Notes under the pieces: generated by a model
Seen by the model: only the letters and a program-made list of their open reading frames with translations
Databases searched by the model: none
Told to the model about the DNA's origin: nothing
Program-made: the position numbers and the translations under genes
Shown: piece after piece, positions 17,697-28,651 of the stretch
Numbering within the stretch: position 1 is the stretch's first letter
Layout of the letters: the number at the start of each line of letters is the position of its first letter
Source: a virus
Taxonomy: Duplodnaviria > Caudoviricetes
DNA length: 64,000 nt
Direction: 5' to 3' (one strand)
Virus record (IMG/VR): IMGVR_UViG_2811995317_000003
Span: 1 to 64,000 of that record

Positions 17697-18129
17697 AGGC
17701 ATTGCACTGATTAAAGGTTTTGAAGGTTGTCGCCTGACCGCATACCCCGATCCCGGCACTGGTGGTGCGCCGTGGACAATTGGCTATGGCTGGACCCATC
17801 CGGTTGACGGAAAGCCAGTAAAGCGCGGTATGACTATCGACCAGCAAACCGCTGACAGGCTTCTGAAAACAGGGCTTGTTGGTTATGAGAATGACGTGCT
17901 GAAAGTTGTCAGGGTGAAGCTGACACAAGGCCAGTTCGATGCCCTGGTGTCGTTCACGTATAACCTCGGTGCGCGGTCATTGTCGACATCGACTCTCCTG
18001 CGAAAACTCAACGCCGGAGATTACGCTGGTGCAGCCGATGAGTTCCTGCGCTGGAATAAAGCTGGTGGGAAGGTGCTGAATGGGCTGACACGTCGGCGGG
18101 AGGCAGAGCGAGCTCTGTTCCTGTCATGA
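17680..18129 (+). CDS. endolysin, GH24 lysozyme
   Basis: IKGFEG.RLTAYPD...[23 protein letters not shown]. Confidence 0.95.
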   Translation: MQTSHEGIALIKGFEGCRLTAYPDPGTGGAPWTIGYGWTHPVDGKPVKRGMTIDQQTADRLLKTGLVGYENDVLKVVRVKLTQGQFDALVSFTYNLGARSLSTSTLLRKLNAGDYAGAADEFLRWNKAGGKVLNGLTRRREAERALFLS

Positions 18130-18593
18130 TTAGCGCACTGGTTAAGCGTTACTGGCTGCAGTTGCTGGTGCTGGCGTTAATCGGCGCACTGGCTTTCTTC
18201 GTGAACCACTACCGCGACAACGCCATCACTTACAGAGACCAGCGCGATAAGGCCACTGAGAAACTCCTCCTGGCGACCGCCACCATTAAAGACATGCAGA
18301 CCCGCCAGCGTGATGTCGCTGCACTGGATGCCAAATACACCGGAGAACTGGCTGATGCGAAAGAAACCATTGAGCGTCTGCATAGCGATGTCATTGCTGG
18401 CCGTAAGCGGCTGCAAGTCGCCGCCACCTGTGCAAAGTCAACGACCGGAGCCAGCAGCATGGGCGATGGAGAAAGCCCAAGACTTACAGCAGATGCTGAA
18501 CTCAATTATTACCGTCTCCGAAGTGGAATCGACAGGATAACCGCGCAGGTTAACTACCTGCAGGAATACATCAGGACGCAATGCCTGAAATAA
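18126..18593 (+). CDS. Rz: i-spanin Rz
   Basis: N-terminal [27 protein letters not shown]. Confidence 0.92.
   Translation: MISALVKRYWLQLLVLALIGALAFFVNHYRDNAITYRDQRDKATEKLLLATATIKDMQTRQRDVAALDAKYTGELADAKETIERLHSDVIAGRKRLQVAATCAKSTTGASSMGDGESPRLTADAELNYYRLRSGIDRITAQVNYLQEYIRTQCLK
18355..18540 (+). CDS. Rz1: o-spanin Rz1 (nested lipoprotein)
   Basis: alternate frame inside Rz; lipobox LAVSGC, Pro-rich. Confidence 0.85.
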   Translation: MRKKPLSVCIAMSLLAVSGCKSPPPVQSQRPEPAAWAMEKAQDLQQMLNSIITVSEVESTG

Positions 18594-18622
18594 TTTTTTT
18601 GCAAATCACAAAGTCAATTTAA

Positions 18623-18648
18623 TGAGCCTCGCGATGCGGGGCTTTTTT
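18623..18648 (+). terminator. terminator after lysis cassette
   Basis: GAGCCTCGC-GAT-GCGGGGCTTTTT. Confidence 0.8.
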
Positions 18649-18791
18649 ATGTCCGCAGTAAACGCGCATCTCACGCGCATATTAACGAGAGCCTTTCAGT
18701 AAGCGAGCCTGAGAAATGCCGTTATAGGTGGCGACCTCTCTCGGGCGGCTTTTCTGTGAGACAGGCTCACTTTCTAAAAGGTAAAGACGCT

Positions 18792-19310
18792 ATGAATAAT
18801 CCGTCAGTTATTCCGGCCTTCGACTTCCGCGAAATGGTCACGACCCTCGACAACAAGATAATCACCACATCACTCAAGGTGGCGGATTACTTTGGCAAGC
18901 GACACAAAGACGTTTTGCGTGCCATACGTAACCTGAAATGCTCCGATGACTTCACCCAGCGCAATTTTGCGCCCATTGATTTCATTGATAAAAATGGCGA
19001 TGTTCAGCCTATGTATAACATCACCCGCGACGGATGCATGATGCTAGTGATGGGATTCACTGGCAAAACAGCTGCCGCAGTGAAGGAGTGTTACATCAAT
19101 GCCTTCAACTGGATGGCCGAGCAGCTAAACCGGCGCATGGCGATGGGTGAAGAATTGCAGCATCGCTACGCCATCAAAGAAACGCGCTCAAAGCTGAAAG
19201 GCACGATCGGAAGCCGTTTGATGAACGAGCGGAAGAAAGAGAAGCGCGTCCTGGAGCTCGAACATGAGCACATCATGCAGGTAACGCAGCCGGAATTACT
19301 TATTGGCTGA
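18792..19310 (+). CDS. Rha family regulatory protein
   Basis: TTSLKVADYFGKRHKDVLRAI...NF...MY..TRDG.MMLVMGFTG. Confidence 0.88.
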   Translation: MNNPSVIPAFDFREMVTTLDNKIITTSLKVADYFGKRHKDVLRAIRNLKCSDDFTQRNFAPIDFIDKNGDVQPMYNITRDGCMMLVMGFTGKTAAAVKECYINAFNWMAEQLNRRMAMGEELQHRYAIKETRSKLKGTIGSRLMNERKKEKRVLELEHEHIMQVTQPELLIG

Positions 19311-19370
19311 TCGCGGCATTACAGAAGCCCTTCATTGAGGGGCTTCGATAATGGAGCACTGGAATTATTC

Positions 19371-19991
19371 ATGAACAGACCACACCCACCAGCGCATTTT
19401 ACGATGCCACCTGACCCGAAGCCGTACATCAGCATTATGCCCGCTAATGACGTTGGCGAGTGGCTGAATCAGCACATCCTGAGCGATGAGGGTGACCTCT
19501 ACAACCCTGACCACCAGCATTTGCTTGAAGCGGATCTGTGCTTTCTCTGGGCATCGAACGCTTTCGAGAAGAAAGGGCGCTCCGTGCTTGGGCAGGCGGA
19601 AGAAGTGGCAATGCGGGCAGGAGGCTGGCAGAAAGCGCGGATGGAGCAGCAGATGTATGAATGGTTCGGCAGGGTGCCGCAGTTCATCATCACGCTGGCC
19701 GCCGATTACTGTTCGCAATGTTCCGATCTGGAATTCTGCGCGCTGATAGAGCACGAGCTTTATCACATCTGCCAGGCGACAGATGAATTTGGTGCACCGA
19801 AGTTCACGCAGGAAGGGCAGCCAAAGCTGAAGCTGCGCGGTCATGACGTGGAAGAGTTTGTGGGCGTGGTTCGCCGTTACGGTGCAAGCCGGGACGTGCA
19901 GGAAATGATTGATGCGGCGAATCAGCCAGCGGAGGTTGCTCATCTCGATATTGCCAGAGCGTGCGGGACGTGCATGTTAAAGCTGGCGTGA
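19371..19991 (+). CDS. putative phage metallopeptidase
   Basis: HELYH (HExxH) and GHDVEEF motifs. Confidence 0.75.
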   Translation: MNRPHPPAHFTMPPDPKPYISIMPANDVGEWLNQHILSDEGDLYNPDHQHLLEADLCFLWASNAFEKKGRSVLGQAEEVAMRAGGWQKARMEQQMYEWFGRVPQFIITLAADYCSQCSDLEFCALIEHELYHICQATDEFGAPKFTQEGQPKLKLRGHDVEEFVGVVRRYGASRDVQEMIDAANQPAEVAHLDIARACGTCMLKLA

Positions 19992-20022
19992 ATTCTAGAC
20001 TGGTATGGACGGATGGTGAAAT

Positions 20023-20496
20023 ATGGCTGCTTTAAAACCGGAAGTAAAAGCCTTCATCATTCAATCGCTTGCGTGCTTTGATACTCCTTCTCAAGTTGTC
20101 GAATCCGTCAAGAAAGAGTTTGGGTTAACTATTTCTCGCCAGCAAGCCGAAGCACACGACCCAACCAAGGCTAGTAGCAAAGGTTTAGCCAAAAAGTGGA
20201 TCGAGATGTTCCACGCGACGCGCAAACGGTTCCTGACCGAAACCAGCGACATTCCGATCGCGAACAAATCCTATCGCCTCCGCGTGCTTGACCGCATGGC
20301 AACCAAAACCGAGGGGATGAAAAACTTCTCCCTGACGGCGCAGCTTATCGAACAGGCCGCGAAAGAGGTTGGCGACGCTTACACCAATAAGCTGAAGGTT
20401 GAGAGCACTGGCAAGGATGGCGGACCGATCAAGACCGAGACGACCAACCTCACCGCAGATCAGGCCGCAGAGATTTACCGCAAGATGATGGGGTGA
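20023..20496 (+). CDS. terminase small subunit (DUF2280-like)
   Basis: precedes large terminase; HDPTK, GKDGGPI tail. Confidence 0.75.
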   Translation: MAALKPEVKAFIIQSLACFDTPSQVVESVKKEFGLTISRQQAEAHDPTKASSKGLAKKWIEMFHATRKRFLTETSDIPIANKSYRLRVLDRMATKTEGMKNFSLTAQLIEQAAKEVGDAYTNKLKVESTGKDGGPIKTETTNLTADQAAEIYRKMMG

Positions 20497-20498
20497 TC

Positions 20499-22121
20499 AT
20501 GCCTCTCCCGTTTGAATTCGATTTCAGGAACCCTGATTACCAGATGGTTTTTGAATGGCGGATGGAGCGCTTACAGCGCATTCGCCAGAACCCCGAAATG
20601 CTGCCAGCGCTAAAGCAGTTTTACCGCACCAACCCGGCACAGTTCATCATCGACTGGGGTATGACGACTGACCCGCGTAACATCGATTATGGCCTGCCGG
20701 TCACCATCCCTTTTCTGCTGTTCCCGAAACAGGAAGAATGGATTCACTGGATCATGGAGCGGCGCGAACGGCTGGAGAACGGCATCACCGAAAAGAGTCG
20801 CGAAATGGGGCTCAGCTGGACGGCGATCGGGCTGGCTTGCTCGCTCTGCCTCTTCAACAAAGAGATGGTTATCGGCTTCGGCTCTCGTAAAGAGGAATAC
20901 GTCGACAGCACCGGTGACCCGAAGGCGCTGTTCTGGAAGGCGCGCAAGTTCGTGGAAACGCTGCCCGTCGAGTTTCGCGGTTCGTGGGACGAGAAGAAGC
21001 ACGCGCCTTACATGCGCGTTGAGTTTCCCGATACTGGCGCGGTCATCAAAGGCGAGGCTGGCGACAATATCGGTCGTGGTGACCGTACCACGCTCTACCT
21101 GGTGGATGAGGCTGCATTCCTCCAGCGTCCTCTGCTGATTGACGCGGCGCTGTCGCAAACCACCCGCTGCCGTATCGACCTGAGTTCGGTTAACGGCATG
21201 GCGAACCCGTTCGCGCAGAAGCGTCACGGCGGGAAGATACCGGTATTCACATTCCACTGGCGAAACGACCCACGCAAGGATGAAGAGTGGTATCGCAGGG
21301 AGTGCGAGAAAATCGACAATCCGGTGGTGGTGGCGCAGGAACTTGACCTGAACTACAGCGCATCAGCGGAAGGCGTCCTGATCCCGTCCGACTGGGTACA
21401 GGCTGCCGTCGACGCTCATATTAAGCTGGGCATCCAGCCAACGGGCAAACGACTGGGCGCGATGGACGTCGCCGACGAAGGCCGGGACAAAAACGCCTTT
21501 TCGACCCGTCACGGTTTCCTCCTGGAGAACGTGCGGGAATGGTCCGGCGTGGGCAGCGACATTTACCAATCCGTTGAGAAGGTCTTCGGCTTTTGCGAAC
21601 AGGACAACCTCGAAGAGTTTCGCTTCGACGAGGACGGCCTGGGCGCTGGCGTTCGCGGCGATGCGCGCGCCATCAACGAGCTGCGCAACGCTGCGCGCCG
21701 ACCGTCAATACTCGCCACACCGTTTCGCGGTAGCGGCGCGGTGTTTGATCCGGACGACGAAGCGGTGCGCGGTGACAACGGACAGGCCGCCCGCCTGAAC
21801 AAGGACTTCTTCGCTAACGCCAAAGCCCAGAGTTGGTGGCGTCTGCGCAAACTTTTCCAGAATACCTATCGCGCCGTGGAAGAGAAGATGGCCTACAACC
21901 CGGACGAAATCATCTCAATCAGCAGCGCCATGGCGAGCAAAGACAAACTCATCATCGAGCTGTCGCAGCCGACCTACTCCATTAACGGCGTGGGGAAAAT
22001 CGTTGTTGATAAACAGCCTGACGGCACCAAGTCGCCGAACCTCGCCGACTCGGTGATGATCAGCTACGCGCCAATGAATTCAGCCCTGAATATCTGGGAG
22101 CTGCTAGGGAGACAGGCCTGA
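20499..22121 (+). CDS. terminase large subunit
   Basis: [17 protein letters not shown] Walker [16 protein letters not shown] nuclease motifs. Confidence 0.9.
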   Translation: MPLPFEFDFRNPDYQMVFEWRMERLQRIRQNPEMLPALKQFYRTNPAQFIIDWGMTTDPRNIDYGLPVTIPFLLFPKQEEWIHWIMERRERLENGITEKSREMGLSWTAIGLACSLCLFNKEMVIGFGSRKEEYVDSTGDPKALFWKARKFVETLPVEFRGSWDEKKHAPYMRVEFPDTGAVIKGEAGDNIGRGDRTTLYLVDEAAFLQRPLLIDAALSQTTRCRIDLSSVNGMANPFAQKRHGGKIPVFTFHWRNDPRKDEEWYRRECEKIDNPVVVAQELDLNYSASAEGVLIPSDWVQAAVDAHIKLGIQPTGKRLGAMDVADEGRDKNAFSTRHGFLLENVREWSGVGSDIYQSVEKVFGFCEQDNLEEFRFDEDGLGAGVRGDARAINELRNAARRPSILATPFRGSGAVFDPDDEAVRGDNGQAARLNKDFFANAKAQSWWRLRKLFQNTYRAVEEKMAYNPDEIISISSAMASKDKLIIELSQPTYSINGVGKIVVDKQPDGTKSPNLADSVMISYAPMNSALNIWELLGRQA

Positions 22122-23590
22122 TGGCACGAAACAAACAAGCCTCTCAGCGAACGGCGCAGGCCACCGCTGATGGTTATGAGAACTTTGTCGCCCGCGTGGG
22201 GATGCAGACGCCTAACCAGCACTCAGCATCGACCTACCGGGCGAACTTCACCAGCCGCAACCGTATGCTGGTGGAATGGTCCTATCGTTCGTCATGGATC
22301 ATCGGCGAAGCGGTCGACGCTATCCCGGACGATATGACCCGGAAAGGCATTCGCATTACTTCGGAGATTGATGCCAAAGACCGTGGCACCCTTGAAGCGC
22401 AACTGGATGAGTTGCAGATCTGGGATGCTCTGAACGACGTGCTGAAATGGTCGCGTCTCTACGGCGGCGCGGTGGGCTTCATCATGATTGAGGGGCAGGC
22501 ACCAATGACCCCGCTGCGGCTCGAAACCATTGGAGAAGGCAAGTTTAAGGGTATTCTCCCGCTCGACCGCTGGATGATTAACCCGGTGCTGACCCGCCGC
22601 ATTAAAGAGATGGGGCCGGACCTCGGCAAGCCTGAGTTTTACGACGTGGTGACCACCGCAACGGGCATTCCGGCCTGGCGCATCCATCACAGCCGCCTGA
22701 TCCGCTTTGATGGCGTCACGCTGCCATTCCAGCAGAAGATGACCGAAAACGAATGGGGAATGTCGGTTGTAGAGCGTATATGGGATCGGCTTACTGCGTT
22801 CGACAGCGCCACTGTCGGCGCGGCGCAGCTGGTCTACAAAGCTCATCTGCGTACCTACAGCGTGGAGAAGCTGCGCGAGCTTATCGCGCTTGGAGGCCCG
22901 GCGTTCGAAGCGTTGCTGAAGAACATCGACCTGATCCGCCAGTTCCAGAGCAATGAAGGCATGACGCTCATGGACTCGCGGGATAAGTTCGAAACCCACC
23001 AGTACAGCTTCAGCGGTCTGGATGACATTCTTTCGCAGTTCGCTGAGCAGATCAGCGGTGCCGTTGGTATCCCGCTGGTACGCCTGTTCGGGCAGTCCCC
23101 GAAAGGCTTCTCTACCGGTGACGCAGACCTCGCCAACTATTACGACCGGGTGAGCTCATTGCAGGAGCGCCGCTTACGGCTGCCGATGCGCCGGATACTG
23201 GACATTATGCACCGCTCGGAACTCGGTAAGCCGCTGCCGGACGATTTCACGTTTGAGTTTAACCCGCTATGGCAAATGTCTGACGTTGACCGCTCTACGG
23301 TGGCCGTAAACACCACCACCGCGATCAGCACCGCGCTGGGCGACGGATTGATGACGCGTAAGGCGGCAATGACCGACCTGCGCGAAAACTCTGACATCAC
23401 TGGCATCGGAGCATCCATTACCGACGAGGATATCGAGAATGCCCAAGACGAAGCGCCGCCAGGCATCGGCGAACTTGGCGACAAACCGCCAGAGTCGCCA
23501 GGCGGAGATCCGATATCGAACGAGCCTACGGCAGATAGCGCGGGCGGTCGGAGATATCGTAAATGGGCGCTACGATGGTTCAAACGATAG
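22121..23590 (+). CDS. portal protein (DUF1073)
   Basis: SRLYGG, GIPLVRLFGQSPKG, NYYD. Confidence 0.88.
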   Translation: MARNKQASQRTAQATADGYENFVARVGMQTPNQHSASTYRANFTSRNRMLVEWSYRSSWIIGEAVDAIPDDMTRKGIRITSEIDAKDRGTLEAQLDELQIWDALNDVLKWSRLYGGAVGFIMIEGQAPMTPLRLETIGEGKFKGILPLDRWMINPVLTRRIKEMGPDLGKPEFYDVVTTATGIPAWRIHHSRLIRFDGVTLPFQQKMTENEWGMSVVERIWDRLTAFDSATVGAAQLVYKAHLRTYSVEKLRELIALGGPAFEALLKNIDLIRQFQSNEGMTLMDSRDKFETHQYSFSGLDDILSQFAEQISGAVGIPLVRLFGQSPKGFSTGDADLANYYDRVSSLQERRLRLPMRRILDIMHRSELGKPLPDDFTFEFNPLWQMSDVDRSTVAVNTTTAISTALGDGLMTRKAAMTDLRENSDITGIGASITDEDIENAQDEAPPGIGELGDKPPESPGGDPISNEPTADSAGGRRYRKWALRWFKR

Positions 23591-24212
23591 CGTCACCGAA
23601 ATAATGGATGCGCTGGAGCGCTACAGCGAAATCATCACCCCCTGGGCGAAGAAGGTAGCTGAGAACTTCACCGCAGACATAGCGCGCCAGAATGAAAAGC
23701 AGTGGCGTCAACACAGTCGGAATATCAGCGCAGAACTGCGCAACATGGTTGACCGCGCCCCGGTAGGCCAGGTGATGAAATCCATCGTCGCCGAGCAAAT
23801 TAAGTACATCAAATCGCTACCTCTTGAGGCCGCCGATAGGGTGTATGACATTCAGAACAAAGCCATCGAGGCCGTTGTGACTGGTGGCCGCGCTGAGCCA
23901 TTCGCGAAAGAGATAGCGGCGTCAGGTGACGTGTCACGCTCGCGAGCGAACCTTATCGCCCGTACCGAGCTTGGACGCGCAACCGGCGCGCTGGATCAGG
24001 CGCGTGCGTTGTCAATCGGTTCGAATGGTTATATCTGGCGTACAGCCGAAGATGGCGATGTCCGGCATTCTCATCGTGAGATGGAGGGCAAGTTTGTCGA
24101 ATGGGGCCGACCTCCAACGCTTGACGGCATGACCGGTCATGCTGGCGAGCTCCCGAACTGCCGCTGTTACAAAGAGATTGTCTTCCCCAACCCTCATTCT
24201 TATCTCGCCTGA
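23439..24212 (+). CDS. minor head protein (SPP1 gp7/Mu F-like)
   Basis: IARTE, WRTAEDGDVRHSH, NCRC; true start may be TTG 23475. Confidence 0.85.
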   Translation: MPKTKRRQASANLATNRQSRQAEIRYRTSLRQIARAVGDIVNGRYDGSNDSVTEIMDALERYSEIITPWAKKVAENFTADIARQNEKQWRQHSRNISAELRNMVDRAPVGQVMKSIVAEQIKYIKSLPLEAADRVYDIQNKAIEAVVTGGRAEPFAKEIAASGDVSRSRANLIARTELGRATGALDQARALSIGSNGYIWRTAEDGDVRHSHREMEGKFVEWGRPPTLDGMTGHAGELPNCRCYKEIVFPNPHSYLA

Positions 24213-24226
24213 ATCGCAGGTAAACC

Positions 24227-25459
24227 ATGAAATATTTTTTCAATACCCGGCTGGGGGAAACCCGCTATCAGCTGGCTGACGGCTCTCTGTTGTGTAAAGA
24301 CGTGCCGATAGGTCGAACGGGTAAGCAGCTCTACGGCGCTGCCGATCTGTCAAACCTCAAACCCGATAAGCTCGGTGAGATAGTCGTAACGCGCTCTCCT
24401 GAGCAGGTATTCCACCCGGCCACGCTCGCCTCATTCGAAGGGATGAGCATCACGATCCTGCATCCTGAAGATGAAAACGGGAATGTGCGGCTGGTAAATC
24501 CCGAGAACTGGAAAGAGCTTGCGGTCGGGCATCTTCAGAATGTCCGGCGCGGGACGGGTGTGCAGTCTGATTTGATGCTGGCTGACCTTATCGTCAAAGA
24601 CGAAAACGCCATTCAGCTTATCGAAGATGGTCTGCGCGAAGCGTCGTGCGGCTATGACGCTGAGTACGAGCAGACCGAACCCGGAAAAGCCGAGCAGGTC
24701 GATATTACCGGAAACCATGTGGCTCTTGTCCCTAAAGGCAGAGCCGGAAATCGTTGTGCAATTGGAGACAGAGACACAATGGCAAATCAAAAGAAAAGCT
24801 GGTGGACCCGCATGCGCACGGCCATCAAAACGGGTGATGCTGACACCATGAACGAACTGCTGGACTCTGCGCCAGCGGCGGTAACGGGCGATGAAGGGGA
24901 TCTGCCGAGCGGCGTTAACCTCAACATTAATCTTTCACCGCAACAACCATTGCCGGACAAAAAGCCGGAAATGGGCGGAGAGCCAACCGGCGACGGCGAG
25001 GACGATATCAAAACCTTGCTCAAAGCCCTGCTGGCTAAGCTGGAAGGTACTGCAACGGGCGATAACGACGATAAGCCTGACGGCAAAGATAACAAAGACC
25101 CTACCTGCGACGGTGAGGACGACGAAGAGGAAACCACGATTACCGGTGACGCTGCTTATCGTGCCGAAGTTATCGTTCCGGGTATCGATCTGAGCCGTAA
25201 GGTGAAACCTACCGCGTTCAAACGTGATGTGCTGTCCGCCGCTGACAAAACACTGGTTCGCCAGGTTGTCGGTGATGCGGATATCCGCAAATTGCCCAAG
25301 CAATCGGTAGATATGGCGTTTAACGCCGTGTCAGAGATTGCCAAAGGGCGAAACACCCGCAGCACCACGGGCGATGCACAACGTACAAATATGGGCATGA
25401 CCAGCATCGCTTCCCTGAACAAACAAAACGCCGACTTCTGGTCTAACCGCAAAGGATAA
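24227..25459 (+). CDS. head maturation protease/scaffold (DUF2213)
   Basis: TILHP, SCGY, NHVALV..GRAG; acidic C-terminal scaffold region. Confidence 0.85.
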   Translation: MKYFFNTRLGETRYQLADGSLLCKDVPIGRTGKQLYGAADLSNLKPDKLGEIVVTRSPEQVFHPATLASFEGMSITILHPEDENGNVRLVNPENWKELAVGHLQNVRRGTGVQSDLMLADLIVKDENAIQLIEDGLREASCGYDAEYEQTEPGKAEQVDITGNHVALVPKGRAGNRCAIGDRDTMANQKKSWWTRMRTAIKTGDADTMNELLDSAPAAVTGDEGDLPSGVNLNINLSPQQPLPDKKPEMGGEPTGDGEDDIKTLLKALLAKLEGTATGDNDDKPDGKDNKDPTCDGEDDEEETTITGDAAYRAEVIVPGIDLSRKVKPTAFKRDVLSAADKTLVRQVVGDADIRKLPKQSVDMAFNAVSEIAKGRNTRSTTGDAQRTNMGMTSIASLNKQNADFWSNRKG

Positions 25460-25463
25460 TCCA

Positions 25464-25967
25464 ATGACTGCATATCTCTACCGGATGCCTGTTGGCATTG
25501 CCGGGGCTATCTCTCGCCCGCAGGACTTAACCGTCGAACCGGTGATCCTTAAATCCGCTAACGCCTTCGCTGCCTATGGTCTGGCTGGCAAATACGACGA
25601 TGACGGCTTTTTCGTACCGCTGGCGGACGGTGACACCGCCGACAAGGTGAAGGGTATCTACGTTCGTCCGTATCCGACCACATCGCAGCCAGATATGGTT
25701 CGCCAGGTGGGGACGGATAAGAACTTCCCGGGCGACGCCATGAAGCGTGGCTACATGACCGTTAACCTCGGATCTGGCTTTGATGCCAGCACCATCAAAA
25801 AAGGCGCGCCTGTCTACGTGGTTGTTTCGCTCGATTCAACCATTGACGTGCCGCTGGGCGGTTTCATGTCCACGTCAGTCAGTGGCAAAAACGTGGCGCT
25901 GACCAACGCCGAATTCACAGGGGCCGGTGACGCTAACGGCAATGCAGAAATCTCCTGGAAGATTTAA
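25464..25967 (+). CDS. capsid decoration/cement protein
   Basis: between scaffold and capsid genes; C-terminal GNAEIS. Confidence 0.65.
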   Translation: MTAYLYRMPVGIAGAISRPQDLTVEPVILKSANAFAAYGLAGKYDDDGFFVPLADGDTADKVKGIYVRPYPTTSQPDMVRQVGTDKNFPGDAMKRGYMTVNLGSGFDASTIKKGAPVYVVVSLDSTIDVPLGGFMSTSVSGKNVALTNAEFTGAGDANGNAEISWKI

Positions 25968-25978
25968 GGAACAGACGA

Positions 25979-26920
25979 ATGATTACTTTTGATCAGGCAA
26001 CCGTTGATGGCTCTGGTGCCTTTCTCATCGGGGAGCTGGAACGACTCGACCAGACGCTGAACCTGCCGCTGGTGGGTTACACCTGGACCCGCGATATTCA
26101 GCTGCGTGAAGACGTTTCTATCGCAGATGACATTTCCAGCTGGACTAATACCAGCTTTGGCGCTGCGGGTACTGGTGCAAATCCGAACGGTAAAAACTGG
26201 GTAGGCAAAGACTCTACCGCCATTGCTGGCGTGAACGTTGATATCGGCAAAGACGGCAATCCGCTGAACCTCTGGGGCATGGAGCTGGGCTGGACCGTTG
26301 TAGAGCTGGCAGCAGCTCAGCAGGTAGGTCGCCCGATTGACACCCAGAAGTACGACGGGATGCAGCTCAAATGGCAGATGGACAACGACGAGCAGGTTTA
26401 CATCGGTGATGACGCGCTCGGCCTGAAAGGTCTGGCAAACCTTGTCGGTGTGACGCTGAACAACGCGCCGAAGACCTGGGCGAACTCCACCAACGACGAG
26501 ATCCTCGATAGCGTGAACAGCATTTTGTCGAATGCCTGGGCCGCTTCCGGTTATTCCGTCGTGCCTTCTGATCTGCGCATTCCTCCAGAGCAGTATTCAC
26601 TGCTGGCGAGCCGTAAGGTTTCCGAAGCGGGTAACCAGTCGCTGCTGACCTATCTGGCTGTGAACACTATCGCTTTCCACCAGAACGGCGTTCCGCTGGA
26701 AATCAAAGCGGTCAAATGGCTGAAATGGCGCGGGGTTGGCGGTAAAGACCGTATGGTCGCCTACACCAACGACAAGAAATACGTGCGCTATCCGCTGGTG
26801 CCGTTGCAGAGCGTTCCTGTCCAGTATCGTGGTCTGTACCAGATTGCGACCTACTACGGCAAGCTCGGTGCGGTTGAGCCAGTGTACAAAGAAACCCTGT
26901 CCTACGTGGACGGTATCTGA
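25979..26920 (+). CDS. major capsid protein (DUF2184)
   Basis: 313 aa; FLIGELERLD, position in head operon. Confidence 0.88.
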   Translation: MITFDQATVDGSGAFLIGELERLDQTLNLPLVGYTWTRDIQLREDVSIADDISSWTNTSFGAAGTGANPNGKNWVGKDSTAIAGVNVDIGKDGNPLNLWGMELGWTVVELAAAQQVGRPIDTQKYDGMQLKWQMDNDEQVYIGDDALGLKGLANLVGVTLNNAPKTWANSTNDEILDSVNSILSNAWAASGYSVVPSDLRIPPEQYSLLASRKVSEAGNQSLLTYLAVNTIAFHQNGVPLEIKAVKWLKWRGVGGKDRMVAYTNDKKYVRYPLVPLQSVPVQYRGLYQIATYYGKLGAVEPVYKETLSYVDGI

Positions 26921-26961
26921 TAACCAGAACGGCCCCGAAAGGGGCCAGAAGGAAACTTAAA

Positions 26962-27351
26962 ATGGCGAAAGAAAAGCTGGTTACCATCCATGTTCACACC
27001 CCGTTTACGCTGACGCTCGGCGATCAGTCAAAACAGGAGTTTGGCCGGGGACGGCATAACGTACCGGAAGAGGTTGCGTCGCACTGGTTCACCCAGGCGC
27101 ACTCTGAGCTTTCCGAAAGCGTGATTAGCGAAACCGATGATCTGCAACCCATTATCGACAGCCTGCAAGCGCAGATTGCCGACAAAGATAAGCAGATTGT
27201 CGATAAAGATCAGCTGATTGCCGATCTGAAAGAAGCGCTGCTCAAGCTGCAAGAGCAGAACGACAGCCTGCAAGCGCAGATTGCTGCCGCCCAGACTGGC
27301 GGTAATGGGGCGAAAGATGCCAAAGAATCAAAGCCTGCCAACAGTAAGTGA
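26962..27351 (+). CDS. head-associated hypothetical coiled-coil protein
   Basis: heptad repeats; 23-bp direct repeat at 27157 and 27262. Confidence 0.7.
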   Translation: MAKEKLVTIHVHTPFTLTLGDQSKQEFGRGRHNVPEEVASHWFTQAHSELSESVISETDDLQPIIDSLQAQIADKDKQIVDKDQLIADLKEALLKLQEQNDSLQAQIAAAQTGGNGAKDAKESKPANSK

Positions 27352-27724
27352 TTTTCGGCGCGACTTCCCGCAGTTTGCTGACCCTGCCAAATATCCCGAA
27401 GCGCAAATCCAGTTTCGTCTGAATCTGGCCGATGTGCTGCTGAGCGAAAACGTCACTGGCAAAGAGTTGTTTCCGTACTTTGCCGAGTTGTTCGTGGCTC
27501 ACTACATGACGCTATGGGCGGCAGATAGCCGGGCAATGCTGGTTGGCGGCCCGGGCGGTTCAACCAATGGTGTTCAATCCTCCAAGTCCGTTGACAAGGT
27601 AAGCGTCAGCTATGACACCAGCGCGACGCTAAACCCTGACGCAGGCTTCTGGAATAACACCCGATATGGCGCTGAATTTTATCAGCTGATCACGATGTTC
27701 GGTGCGGGCGGTCGCCAGCTATGA
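27317..27724 (+). CDS. head-tail adaptor (DUF4054)
   Basis: [23 protein letters not shown]. Confidence 0.8.
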   Translation: MPKNQSLPTVSDFRRDFPQFADPAKYPEAQIQFRLNLADVLLSENVTGKELFPYFAELFVAHYMTLWAADSRAMLVGGPGGSTNGVQSSKSVDKVSVSYDTSATLNPDAGFWNNTRYGAEFYQLITMFGAGGRQL

Positions 27725-28275
27725 GTTTCAAAAGCGGTGTAACAACGAGGGTGGATAATGCTCAGGCCATTCTGGATGTGCTCAAATCCATCAGTAAAAA
27801 AGAAGTGCTGGTGGGCATCCCGGAAGAAGACAGCGAGCGTGAGGATGTTCCGTTTGGTAATGCCGGGATCGGTTACGTCAACGAATACGGCTCACCAGCG
27901 CAAAACATCCCCCCACGCCCGCACCTGATCCCCGGCGTTAAATCGGTAGAGGAACAGACAGTGCCGCAGCTTAAAACAGCGGCGCAGGCTGCGCTTGATG
28001 GTAATGCGGCGGGGGCGGAAAGAGCGCTCAACCGCGCCGGAACGCTGGCCGCTAATGGCGTCAGGCGTTACATGACCATTACCGGCTTTACACCGCTTGC
28101 TGATAGCACCGTTGAGGCCCGCGCACGTCGAGGGCGCAAAGGGGCAAAAGCGGAACTTGCGCGGCGCGCTGCTGGTGAGTCTCCTGGAACCGATCTGGTG
28201 AAACCGCTAATCGACACCGGGCAATATCGCAGAGCCATTACCCATGTTGTGAGGGATAAAGATGCCGACTCTTGA
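27721..28275 (+). CDS. neck/tail completion protein
   Basis: NEYG...[19 protein letters not shown]. Confidence 0.7.
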   Translation: MSFKSGVTTRVDNAQAILDVLKSISKKEVLVGIPEEDSEREDVPFGNAGIGYVNEYGSPAQNIPPRPHLIPGVKSVEEQTVPQLKTAAQAALDGNAAGAERALNRAGTLAANGVRRYMTITGFTPLADSTVEARARRGRKGAKAELARRAAGESPGTDLVKPLIDTGQYRRAITHVVRDKDADS

Positions 28276-28651
28276 TGTAACAGACGTGCTTTTTGACCCC
28301 GATTTTTGCGACTTCAACCTGTGGGTAACGCGTCGCGCGCAAACGGTGGACGAGGACGGGATCGGCAGCGACAGCGAAGTTAAAACGCAGTTTGCCGGGG
28401 TTGTTACTGTTGACCGCTCCCTGGAAAACCGTCGTATGCAGTCCGGGCAAGTAATCAGTGGCGCGATTCTCATCGTGACGACTGAACGACTTACGCAGGG
28501 GCAGACTGGCCGTGATGCCGATATCGTGACGTATCAGAACCGTGATTATCGTGTGACATTCGTTGACCCGTACACGGCTTACGGTGCTGGCTTTGTCCAG
28601 GCGCATTGTGAATTACTGCCGTTTGATGGGGGAACTCCCGTTGAGCAATAA
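28262..28651 (+). CDS. head closure protein
   Basis: position and size. Confidence 0.6.
   Translation: MPTLDVTDVLFDPDFCDFNLWVTRRAQTVDEDGIGSDSEVKTQFAGVVTVDRSLENRRMQSGQVISGAILIVTTERLTQGQTGRDADIVTYQNRDYRVTFVDPYTAYGAGFVQAHCELLPFDGGTPVEQ

Noticed and set aside
24641-26728. Odd residues in head genes (REASCGY, PTCDGE, LKWRG) as signs that prophage 1 is defective
   Set aside because: Frames are intact and catalytic-looking residues are retained; missense effects cannot be judged without alignments.
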